A DNA stretch of 64,000 nt from Hydrurus foetidus (taxonomy: Eukaryota): NCBI GenBank assembly GCA_900617105.1, contig UYFQ01000056.1, positions 186,001 to 250,000 of the forward strand, in the 5' to 3' direction. Of the stretch, positions 52,363 to 64,000 are shown in pieces (the first letter of the stretch is position 1; each line of letters begins with the position of its first letter). The notes under the pieces were generated by a model, which worked only from the letters and a program-made list of their open reading frames with translations, had not been told where the DNA came from and did not search any database. The position numbers and the translations under genes were made by a program.

Positions 52363-52899
52363 ATCTTATTATATAGTTAGATATTATGACTTAAAGTCCT
52401 TCAATTTTGTCCTAACCTCTCAATAACCGATTATATTCAGCCTGGATGTTTACGCTGTGTCCCATCCTGTAGTCTCAAGAGTGCTTTTGGTTGGCGCGAT
52501 GGAGAATGGTACAAGGGGGATAATGCGATCAGAGAGGATCTACTGCCCAGCAACCCCAAATTTTGTGAAGCAGAGTTGTTTGAAAGCTTGCGAGAAGGCA
52601 GCCCAGTTGTCTGCGGGGAGGTCAAGGACGAGGTCTGTTTGTTGGGGTGAGGATGCTGAGAGCATGGTAGTGATACTACTTTAAGCAATTGTCAAGGAAT
52701 TCGACCCAAAGTCTAGAAGACAAAAGGAGGAAACAGAATTGCTTAAAGGTTACAACTTGTAGATTATGTGAACGGTGGCGAAGAAGCGAGTCCGGATGAT
52801 AGTGCGAAGGGATACGACTGAAAGATGTGCATGAATTGGGGGATAAACCTTTATGGTGGTTCCACCTCTATATAAGAGATGACATATAATACGGAGCTA

Positions 52900-53075
52900 G
52901 GACTGCAGGGATATGACCGTATTCCTGCAGTCCCAGAATGGTTTTAGGGGGTCTAATTTTTAAGGGGGTCCCGACTATCCGGGGGGTCTAATGTGGTTTC
53001 GACGATTGAGGGGGTCTAAGTGGTCCGTCGATTGGGGGGTCTATTGAGTTTGGGTGATATGGGGGGTCTAATGGA
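52900..53075. repeat. Hairpin (52900-52933) followed by about six GGGGGTCTA motifs
   Basis: ggactgcagg...cctgcagtcc stem; motif near 52947, 52964, 52981, 53010, 53034, 53061. Confidence 0.85.
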
Positions 53076-53255
53076 GTCTGGGTGAATCGCATTATGTAAT
53101 TTGTCGCACGACGCAACCCTCTCTCACTTTGTCTTCTCGGTTATTGTGTTGAACTGAAGCTAGCTTTAATTCAGTGTCGACGTATTAATGACGTGTTACT
53201 CTATGAGCTCGTACCGAAGCATTTTTTGGCTGACTAGTCTTGTACACACCGTGTT

Positions 53256-54875
53256 ATGGAGCGTTGTAGTATTTTGAGTGATGCCCGAGTTGTTCCGCAG
53301 AGAGGTGACAACAGTTGCCTTTTTCATTCGCTAAGTTTTTGTTTAAGTTATGATGGCATAGTGCCCAGTATTCACGATGATATGTCCGGTTTTCGCTTGC
53401 GGGAGCAGATTTGTAGTTACATCCGCGATAACGAAGATGTGGTTATCAGTATTTCACCGGATGAGCAACGGACATTATCTGAGGCTGTTGGAATGGACGG
53501 GTACACGTGTAGCAGTTACTGCGCCAAAATGCTGGATCGCATGGAGTGGGGATCTGTCATTGAGATTTCTACCGCTGCGGAAATGTTTTTAATTGGCATT
53601 CGCATTTATGTGCCTGTTCCGGGGAAGCGTTATTTTACGTTGCTGGGAACTTACAGGTGTATTGGGTTTGATTCGAACACTAGTGAGATCTATCTTTTGT
53701 ACACTGGTTTCAACCATTACGACGCTTTAGTTGATTGGTCATCTGGGGGCAATTATGTGGGTCTGTGCAGCGTTGACAGCTCCTCATCTTATCTTGGTCG
53801 TCAAATACATGAGTACAATACATCTATATCTCTCGCGCATCGAAGGCGGCTCTTACGTAAACGTGTGTCGAGTGTTAATTTGGAATGTCTTGGCGAAATG
53901 GTATTGTCATCTAAATCTACTCAGTACATGTCATGGCGGACGCCTACCTTTTCTGGATTGTCTGATGAAGCGAAGCGGACAAACAGAAGGCTTCGTATCT
54001 ACAAGGAGAAGTTTTACAAATCCTTTTAGCCGGTCATCTTGTGCAATTGATGCGTCACTTTATGCGAAGAATTATGATTTATTGACAAGGTTTATTGTCT
54101 GTGGGATCTGTGGCCTGGAAGGTCCTGGTATTGGGGCTAAGCTTATCTCTGATATGCAGCATATTATCGATGCGTCAGGGTTGACGGCAAAGTTCAAACT
54201 TTTGACAACGGTCCATCATATATGTCAACGTATGACTGTATGTTTGTTGATGATCTTTTGAGGGTTTTTGAAGATGGTATTATTATCGGTTGTACATACT
54301 TGTGTAGTAGTTGCTGTGATCAGCTTAAAGGCAAAAAAAAGTGTGGAGTCATTTCTGACTCGGCACCAGGTTGCGCGGACGACGCCATCCCTGATATTAA
54401 AGGTTCCGATCACACTATGGAGCAATACGAGATGATGTACGAGGGTGAAGAATGCAAGTTATCTCCTATATGTAGTGAAGTTGTTGCTCCATCTAGCTGT
54501 AGTCAAGGGTCTGCAGTTCGAAGTTATTGTGTTCCTAAACTTGCTTTATTTAATGGGTTATTTGCCGGAACCATACCAGTTGAGTTGATTGGTTTAACCC
54601 GCGTCGAAGAAAGCATGATAAATATCTATTCTTCTGTGACGAAAATGTTTATGGCGGGTGGAAAGCACTACAAAGTTAAAGGTGGAACCAGCTACACTAT
54701 CATTAATGATTTGACTAGTGTAGCGAAGCACTTACCACGCATGCCGTCCATTGAGGATACAGCTGTTATGCGTCACAAAAAAACTGATGTTGGAAAGGAG
54801 TACAAATATCGACCGTTTAGGGTCTATTTGGCTTTAAATTGGTTGAAGGTAATTGTGTCACGATTCCTTCCCTGA
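53256..54875 (+). pseudogene. Helitron-like protein 5' part: OTU protease domain plus pre-Rep (DUF6570-like) domain, frameshifted and truncated
   Basis: GDNSCLFHSL..WGS..EI..HYD (OTU); CGIC..CSSC; LALFNGL..IPVEL..LTRVEE..RP.RV..AL.WLK. Confidence 0.7.
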
Positions 54876-55264
54876 AGTCTCCATGGGCTCGCGGATTGGA
54901 CTATGTCGCTAATTCCAGGGCAACAGAATTATCAAAACTATTTCTAATTAGACCATTAAAAGAGCAGCATTTTACAAGTCATGCAAAAGAGCGGGAGATA
55001 ATCGACCAAGAATATTTTCGCCTGAGTCGTTTGTTTCGATTGTAATTGGGAATTGTATTCAATAGAGTTTTGCTGAGAATTTATATGAAGTTACATTCAA
55101 AATTTTAAAATGAATCCAAAGTTTCAGTAAAAAAATATATTTGTATTTTTTTACTTCCATTCAGCAACGGGGCATCCGGAAACCATTGATAAGTTCCTAC
55201 GGACCCAACAGAAGTTGATATAGAAAAAAATGAGGTTACCCCCTGAGAAAAATCTATATTTAAA

Positions 55265-56410
55265 TTATTTGTTTATGATATAAAGATCCATCAGATAACA
55301 TCGGTTCATCCAGCGCATTCGTGTGGCTAAATTTTGAATTGAGAAAAAAATTTCACCTCCGGTGCATCCGTTGTCATATATTGTGCCCTGCAAATATTCA
55401 TCTAAATCTACGCCTATGGCATGATCATTAAGCATTGGTTTACCCTTAATCCATGTATCAATCTTGTCTGTGTCTAATGATCTCGTAGATATAGATGTAA
55501 GAAGGCGTTTGTGCGTATCATTATTTCTCCGCGATGCTCCAAAAAATACATATTTTCCCTTTCTGCTCAGATTTGTCTCGAGACGTGTCATGTCCCAGGT
55601 TCCGTTGAAACCTAATTGTTTGAAACTGTACCTAACTATTAATCCTGTGGATCTATAATGCATGTCTGAAACATGTCTTAAGAATAAATGCGCGTCTGTC
55701 AAAGTAGTTCCACGTACGAAATTTTTGGCCTGTTCGTTGACTGCAGCTTTAAAAACTTCTCTTACATCCATCGTTCCATTCATCTGGTGTTAAAGTAGCA
55801 TATTGTTATAAACTTTAAATTGCAGAAATGAATACAGTTACAGAGCTTACCGTTGCTAATTTTTGTTGCTCCTTATTCATGAGCCCAAACATGGCGCTAA
55901 GCATGCACAAATTTTCCGATGGCTTCCATGATGTAGTGCTCTTTTCGACAAGCTCTTGAGATTGAGTGGCCGTCTCTGCTGCAAATGTAATGATTAATGT
56001 AGCTGGATTGGTCAGCATTTCAGACGGCTAGATTCATGTGCCATGTTAGTTTATCTACAGTTGTGGCAAAGCATAAGGTCGATCCTAATCTTTGTACCTT
56101 CATGACATGTGTTGGTTTGATTTTTATGGCTTGGCTTCTTTGATATTTTACAGGCCGAATCTTTTTTAGCCTTAACCGTTATAGGTGGCGCCTTCAGCAA
56201 CTTTGCCTGCTAACGGAGATCTGCAGCTTTCGACGGCGGCGCTCCTAATAACTTTGCCAGCTTGTGAGTGTTTGAAGCTTTTACCGGTGGCGATTTTAGT
56301 AACTTCGCCTGCTTGTGAGTGCTTGTAGCTATAAGCGATGGCGCCAGCATTGATTGTGTCAGCTTCTGCGGTCTTGGAGCGATTAATGGTGTCGCTAACA
56401 CAGCCGGTTC
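55265..56410 (-). pseudogene. Unknown gene, possibly a papain-like peptidase, disrupted by the LTR element at 56411
   Basis: NLCML in ORF 55815-56018; DHAIGVD...IYDNG in ORF 55265-55783. Confidence 0.3.
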
Positions 56411-57583
56411 TGTAGCCATATGCCATTTAGTATGGCATTATGAGCTTCTAGGACTATCGGTCTACAGATCGGTCTACAGGGTCGTAGGCTTCCAGCCTCA
56501 CCCTTACAACGTGTACTCTGCTATCATCTAGCTAGTCCACGTAGAAGTTACCCTAGCTACGGCTTTCCCCTGTAACTAAGACTTCAGCTCCTCTCCTTTC
56601 CTTTCTCTCTTTTGCCATTCGGACTACAATAGATCTATTCCGTCCACTCTTCTTTAGCTAATACCTCCGACTTTTACCTCTCCTTCCCGATACGCCACCT
56701 CCAGATCCCAGCCTCTGTCAACAGAGACGCGGACTCGAGTGAGCCTTCGTGGATTAGTCTTATCGTTACTTTAAATCCATCTCAGCGATTAAGTTCGTCT
56801 GCAGACGATTTCTTTGGGGATTTTCATCGAGACCAGTTTCGTCGGTTTGACTACCACAACTTGGAGCCTCGAAGCTTTCGAGCTTGTGCACTTTCTAGTT
56901 AACTCTAGATCGTTTTGCACGATTGCCAAGGGTTAGTGAGCAACGTTAAATCGTTTTCTCGCCTCAACTGTGCTTGGTTGGCTTTAAATAGCTGTTCTCA
57001 CCGAGATTTTTGACGCGTCGAAAATCTCGACTTCACATCATCTAACTGCTTCGTTTCTGACTGCCTGCTGTTGTTTTCAAGGTTATCTACCTTACAACAC
57101 AGGGGGGAAACTCTGGCAAAATTTTTTCCAGAGTTAACTCTCTTCAGAAAAGTTTTGACAGTAATATCTCTTAAACTATATCAAGCTTAATTGCTTGATA
57201 TGTCGAGCGGCTCTTCTAACACTGATCCCGGCTCGGGAATATTGCGAACTCCTGATGGCTTTCAAACAGCATCGGGTAGATTGCGTCAACAGCAATCACG
57301 GTCGAGTAATTCTTCGACAAATCAACGCTCAGGTTCATCACCGATAGCATTTGATAATCGCCGTTCGCAAGGTTCATTACCTGACAATGTACGTCGCCCT
57401 CAGTCTTCGACTGTTCAATTACAACAACCTTTGTTCGTATTGAAAGGGCCGCACATCTCTCCTGAAGAGGCTGTTCTGTTTAAGACACAGGCGATACGTG
57501 TCCCTGACATCGGATCGTTTACGCCAAGAACAAACGCGGGTCAGTTGCGTCAATAACGATCGTAGTCCAAAATTATTTCTCTT

Positions 57584-59862
57584 CTATCGCATAACGCGCT
57601 TAATTGCTACTTATCGGGGGATGTTTCCCAAGGGATATACTCCACCAAAGCTCTTCTTCATGAAGAATTCATCGTCGACATGCCCCTTCGCATTGAGCGC
57701 CATGCTTTCGACAAGAGCAATCGTCAAACTTTCTATTGCATTGCAAAAGGATTTGTTCGAAGGTGTGATGTCACTCTGTACAGCTCTCAGCTGGAAGCTT
57801 TGAAAGCAGAACCCTTCTTACTAGACCGTACTGTATGACTCCGTACCACGAGTGTTATCAGACCTTCCTGGCTTTATCCCATAACTCGAATCGAGGACTT
57901 TTTATTAAACTGTGTAGTCCACTTATAATCCCCTAACGCACAACGTGAAGGGGCGATTCGAACCAACGATCTGTTCGTTGCGGGTTGATCCCAGGCAGCT
58001 AACCACTTAAGCGATAGCTGGTTCGTGCTTTTCATGAAAAATGTAAGCCTTTCAATACCGTTATTAGGCATTGTAATATACTCTGCGTACTAAATCATAC
58101 AAGAGTCAATTCTTGTGTCGGTGTACATACATCTCGAAAATGCACACCGGATTATAAATATTTTTTTTTTTTTCAAAAAAAATTATTTTTTTTTTCGAAG
58201 TGATATGCAAAATTGAATTAATTGCATCACAATTGAATCCAATGCTTTACATCTTTGCTATACTTCACCATACATTTGGTTGTCTGCAGTGGCTTAGTTG
58301 GTACTTGCTATAGTAATAACTCTGTAACGATATGGGTATTAATTTCAAATCGATTAACAATGTATGCCATAACATATACTTGACTGTAAGGGTCAAACAA
58401 TCGTCGCTCATAGACTTAATTATTGGCAGAGTCTCTTTAAATAAATACTCGTTTTATATATTAACTCCTTTCGCTTTTGGGATAAGTGAGGAACACAAAC
58501 TAATTTCCTCAGTAAGTGTGGATTGCTCAGCGGGCGACGAACTACCTGATGTCGAACCGTTATTTTCGCAACGGTTCGCAACAATATTATCCAGTGATAG
58601 GATTAGTAAAAATTTGATAAAAATATCAAAAAATTTACCTATTGAAGAACAGTCAGTTGTAACACAACTTTCTTCTACTTCTAATATCCTAAGGGACTTC
58701 GGACAACCTACAACCGAAGGGGAAAGACTATCGCATAACGGTTAATTGCTACTTATCGGGGGATGTTTCCCAAGGGATATACTCCACCAAAGCTCTTCTT
58801 CATGAAGAATTCATCGTCGACATGCCCCTTCGCATTGAGCGCCATGCTTTCGACAAGAGCAATCGTCAAACTTTCTATTGCATTGCAAAAGTTTGTTCGA
58901 AGGTGGATGCTGCTCCGTACAGCTCTCGCTGGAAAGCTTTGAAGGCAGAAACCTTCTTGCTAGACCGTACTGTATGACTCCGTACCACGTGTGTTATCAG
59001 ACCTTCCTGGATTTATCCCATAACTCGAATCGGGTACTTTTTATTAAACTGTGTAGTCCACTTTTAATCCCCTAACGCACAAGGTGAAGGGGCGATTCGA
59101 ACCAACGATCTGTTCGTTGCGGGCTGATCCCAGGCAGCTAACCACTTAAGGGATAGCTGGTTCCTGCATTTCATGTAAAATGTAAGCCTTTCTAGACCAT
59201 TATTGGGCATCGTAACAACTCTGCGCGCTCAAGTATGCGGTCTCAATTTTTGTGTCGGTGTACATACATCTCGAAAATGCACACCGGATTATTAAATTTT
59301 TTTTTTTTTTTTCAAGAAATTTTTCGAAGTGATATGCAGAATTGAATTAATTGCATCACAGTTGAATTCAATGCTTTACATCTTTGCTATACTTCACAAA
59401 TACCTTTGGTTGTGTGTAGTGGCTTAGATCGTACTGGCTATAATAATAATACTGTGTAATCGACATAGGTATTAATTTCAAATCGATTAATAATGTATGC
59501 CATACCATATATTTGACTGCAAGAGTCAAACAATCGTCGCTCATAGACTTATTTATTGGCAGAGTCTCTTTAAATAAATACTCGTTTTATAAATTAACTC
59601 CTTTCGCTTTTGGAGTAAGTGAGGAACACGAATTAACTTCCTCGGTAAGTGTCGATTGCTCAACGTGCGACGACCTACGTGATGTCGAACCGTTACTTTC
59701 GCAACGGTTCACAACAATATTATCCAGTGATAGGATTAATGAAAATTTAATAAAAAATTGGAAAAACTTACCTATCGAAGAGCATTCAGTTGTAACACAA
59801 CTTGCTTCTACTTCTAATATCCTAAGGGACTTCGGACAACCTACAACCGAAGGGGAAAGACT
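57584..59862. repeat. ~1.14-kb diverged tandem duplication inside the element
   Basis: Units start ctatcgcataacg at 57584 and 58728; both end caaccgaaggggaaaga. Confidence 0.92.
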
Positions 59863-62800
59863 GACTATCTGTGGTCACTCATGTTGTTCGTCCGGGACAG
59901 GGTCCTGCCCGGCATTATTGGAATTAGCTACTCCAGAGGCCGGCTGTGAGAGGGGTCGGGCAGTTCATGGGAGTATCGTTCACCCTGAACTGACTCGTGA
60001 CGGTGATACACCTCCCGAAGATGGATTAGATTACATCCCTCCGACACCAGGGTTTCTTAACGACGAAACGCATGACACTTTAGGCCACTCGCCAAGTGTT
60101 GTCATTATCAGTAACGATGAGATTGACAGTGAGAAAACCGATACTTTCGGACCTTTCCTCCAAGGGACTAGCCCTGATTTACCGCCCGACAGTAACGGGT
60201 CAGACAAGTTTCTTGACGAAATAACTTTCGTTGGTATGGAAGACCAAATAATTGCAATGAAACTTCTCTGCTTAGAGTTTCGCGACTTGTTCAGCAATAA
60301 AATTGCAACTCTACCAGCTAAACTAGATCCGTTTAGACTGGATGTGAGGGAACAAGAATGGGAAATATCCGCAAACCGGACCCCGGTTCGACCCAATCAT
60401 CTCGTAAAGAGATTGAAATAAAAAGCCTTAGACGAGATGCTTTCATTAGGTATCATCGAATCTTCGAGTGCAGTCTATTACAGTCACCCTGTAGTAGTAC
60501 AAAAGACAGCTGATACGTATCGATTCTGCATCGATTACAGACTCTTAAATGCGTGCATGCAACCAGCTAGTTTTCCGCTACCGAATATTCGGGGTCTTTT
60601 GAACGCATTGGCCGTCACCAAGCCGATATTTTCGGTGTAATGGACTTAACTGCCGGTTACCATCAAGCTCCGCTTTATGAACCACATCGCCATTTTACGG
60701 CATTCATATGCTATGCAGGCATATTCCATTTTACTAGACTCCCCTTTGGACCTAGGTGTGCTCCCTCTTACTTCCAAGAGCAGATGGCCACCAAAGTCCT
60801 TCGCGGTCTCATATATATGATATGCGAAATATATCTTGACGATATAATTATATATGGCCGGGGATTTGCAGAGTTTCTTAGTAGACTGAGAGATATATTT
60901 TTACGTTTACGTGAATTTCGCATTTTGCTAAAAGCAAAGAAATGCAAATATGGTTGTAAAAGCCTAGAGTATGTTGGTCGTACAATCTCAAAAGACGGAT
61001 TATCCATGTCTGAGACAAAAATTGAGTCTATACTCAACTTTCCAAGACCACAGACTTTAACAGCACTTCGCTCGTTACTGGGTCTTGCGAACTATTTTAG
61101 AGGATTTGTACCAAATCACTCTACTATAGTCGCACCTTTACAGAGATTAGTTGATTCTAAAGCTCACAAAAATCACCAATTATTTGGACACCTAGTGCTA
61201 TACTAGCATTCCAACACGTAAGAGTGGCTATATCAAGATGCCCTCTAATGTATTTTCTTGATGAAAAGTCAACTATTAAGTTATACACTGACGCATCAGA
61301 TTATGGAATCGGTGGTGTGTTAATTCAAGTTGTTAACAATGAATGGAGACCTATCGCTTTCATTAGCAAGTCCCTTTCTGCAACACAATTAAAATGGTCC
61401 ACGATACAAAAAGAAGCTTATGCTATCTATTACTCGTGTCAACAACTTGATTCTTTAATTAGAGATCGTGAGTTTGAAATACATACCGATCATAAAAACA
61501 TTACATATATGAAACAAACACCAACTTCAATGGTGTCACGGTGGTTTATAGCTTTACAAGAATTAAATTTCAAAGTTATATTTGTGAAAGGCACACAAAA
61601 TCAGCTAGCGGACGGTCTATCAAGACTTTGTCCCAACATAGCTAAGTTAGCTTTACCGTTCACACCGGTAGCTACTAGCAATAATGAAATAGTATTATCT
61701 GCACTGACAGTTATACCTGAACCTAATCCAGAACAACTTGAATGGATGGAACAATGTCACAACGCAATAGTTGGACATGGTGGTTCTTCTAGAACTCTTA
61801 CCAAACTTTTCAGTTTAGGTCATGCATGGAAGTATATGCGACAGCACGTACGTATGTTCATTGCATCTTGCCCATGCTGTCAAAAGATGAGCATGATAAA
61901 GGTACCGGTTGAAGTTCAACATTATGTGACTTCTTCTAACCGACCTTTTGACGTCGTGAATATCGATTTTATCGGGCCATACCCAGACGATTCATACGTT
62001 CTTGTTATTATTGACACATTTTCTAAATGGATTGAACTTTTCCATTGCAAAGATGCCACTGCTAAATCAGCATGTGAGGCACTCTTGCAACATTTTGGTC
62101 GCTACGGCGCTCCCAATATGATTAGATCTGATAAAGGTTCTCATTTCGCAAACGATTTGATTAAAGAGTTTCTTGTTTTAACAGGTACTCCACACAACCT
62201 TACATTATCTTATTCTAAACAAGAAAATGGGGTAGTTGAACGTGCTAACAGAGAAGTCAACAGACATCTTCGCGCATTAACTTTCGAAACTAATGATGTA
62301 AATAACTACAGATTAAGTCTTCCATTTGTACAAAGAATTATAAATAGTTCTATACACGAAACTACAGGCGTAGCACCTGCTAGTATGTTGTTCGGGAATC
62401 AAGTAAATCTTGATAGAGGTATTCTTATACCCAATCCGGTAATTCGAAACACTGAAAAGAGCTCAGCTCTTATATCTAATATGTTATACATACAAGATCA
62501 AGTAATGCTAAATGCAATTGCAAAAGTAACACTAGCAAAAGCAAGACATTTAGTGAAAAATGCCAAACCATTGACTGTATTTCCAGTTGGTTCATATGTT
62601 TTAGCAAAGTATGCTGTGGGGCCACCCACTCGTTTACACACTAAATGGCAGGGACCATTTCAGGTCATTTCGTATATCGATTCAGAATACACATTACTTA
62701 ATTTAGTGAATAAATCTGAACGAATTACCCATGCAAGTAATCTGAAGCAGTTTATTTTTGATCCTTCAAGAACATCTGCTCCAGATATTGCTAGACGGGA

Positions 62801-63008
62801 TTATATGGAATTCTTTGTTGAATCCATTGTAGAACATCGTGGAGACACAAAACGATTAAATTCGTTGTTTTTTAAAGTAAAATGGCTCAATTACGATGAT
62901 TCACATAATTCATGGGAACCATGGAATGCATTAAGAACATGCGACAAACTACACGATTATCTTCGTTCAAATCAAAAGCTCAAGAAATTGATGCCTAAAA
63001 ACTTCTAA
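59513..63008 (+). pseudogene. pol: pol (PR C-terminus, RT, RH, integrase, chromodomain); RT frameshifted, RH-integrase-chromodomain open
   Basis: FCIDYR, YLDD, TDASDYG, IRSDKG, ENGVVER, FKVKWLNY..SWEP. Confidence 0.93.
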
Positions 63009-64000
63009 ACATTAATTTGTTATTATGATGTGGTATCTTTTGAAGATTTTTTAGCCTAATTTTTTGCCCTCTGGGTTTTTATGGTTTTTTAGTCAGTAAG
63101 AATCTGACATACCCACATCATAATATATGTTATTTTGTACATACATTAATTTGTATTGATTTACAAAATAAACTTATTTCCACGACCACTCCCGACTCTC
63201 TTTAAATTTTGTTATTTTGTTAAATTTTGTTTACTATTTTATATTGAAATCTTTTCTTTTTCTTTTATATTTCTGTAATCGAATTACTTTTCATGTAAAT
63301 ATGTTAGTATCATTTTTAAATTTTTATCTTATTTTTAAAAATATAGCTTAATTAGAGATAAGTGGAGTAGGGTCATTCTCTGTGGAGATAAGTAGGAGTA
63401 GTGTAGCCATATGCCATTTAGTATGGCATTATGAGCTTCTAGGACTATCGGTCTACAGATCGGTCTACAGGGTCGTAGGCTTCCAGCCTCACCCTTACAA
63501 CGTGTACTCTGCTATCATCTAGCTAGTCCACGTAGAAGTTACCCTAGCTACGGCTTTCCCTTGTAACTAAGACTTCAGCTCCTCTCCTTTCCTTTCTCTC
63601 TCTTTTGTTCGGACTACGCAGTTCTCCTATTGTTGATTGAAGTAGGATGTCCCGTCAACATTGTGTTAGAGCCTTAGATCTAATGTTATCTAAGTGCCTC
63701 CATGACGATCGCTCAAAAGCTCAGGCCAGACAGATTTCTTGGTCATGTCAGCTTCAGTTGCGTACGAAGCCACACTTACAGACGTTGGCGTTTCCATCAA
63801 ATTCGACAGCCTTCGTTGGCTTGACGTTATTGCATTGGATGCAGCCCTCATCGCCTTGGGGGCATCTGTGATCATTTTAACAATGCGAACAGTTAGGAAA
63901 ACCAAGATTTACAGCTATAGGGCAGCAGGTGACTTACCGAGTTGGCACGGCTCCGTAGCGATGTCGTTACCCAATGTTGTGGACGAAATTCCTTCAGTCG

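Larger units (their letters stand above)
56411..63620 (+). mobile_element. Gypsy chromodomain LTR retrotransposon with both LTRs; gag/PR region rearranged
   Basis: Near-identical LTRs 56411-56628 and 63402-63620; flanks GTTC/GTTC (3' LTR ends ggactacgca); PPT before 63402. Confidence 0.95.

Overview
This is eukaryotic nuclear DNA (GT-AG introns; a stramenopile-like protist is my inference) made mostly of nested transposons. It holds many Ty3/gypsy chromodomain-integrase LTR retrotransposons: one with both LTRs at 56411-63620, one internally deleted copy at 31111-36345, and several fragments. DNA transposons include pogo/Tc5-like, Tc1-like, hAT, Sola-like and Harbinger-like remnants, a hAT MITE, and the 5' part of an OTU-bearing Helitron. 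There are two host genes (a Cys-rich secreted protein and a TKL kinase) and a virophage/Polinton-like-virus primase-polymerase fragment joined in frame to the kinase. Main finding: all four 5' LTRs I could identify lack a tRNA primer-binding site. Each instead has a perfect 12-bp palindrome (ARTA-NNNN-TAYT) with compensatory changes, starting at the last LTR base, which suggests a tRNA-independent, dimer-based priming mechanism.
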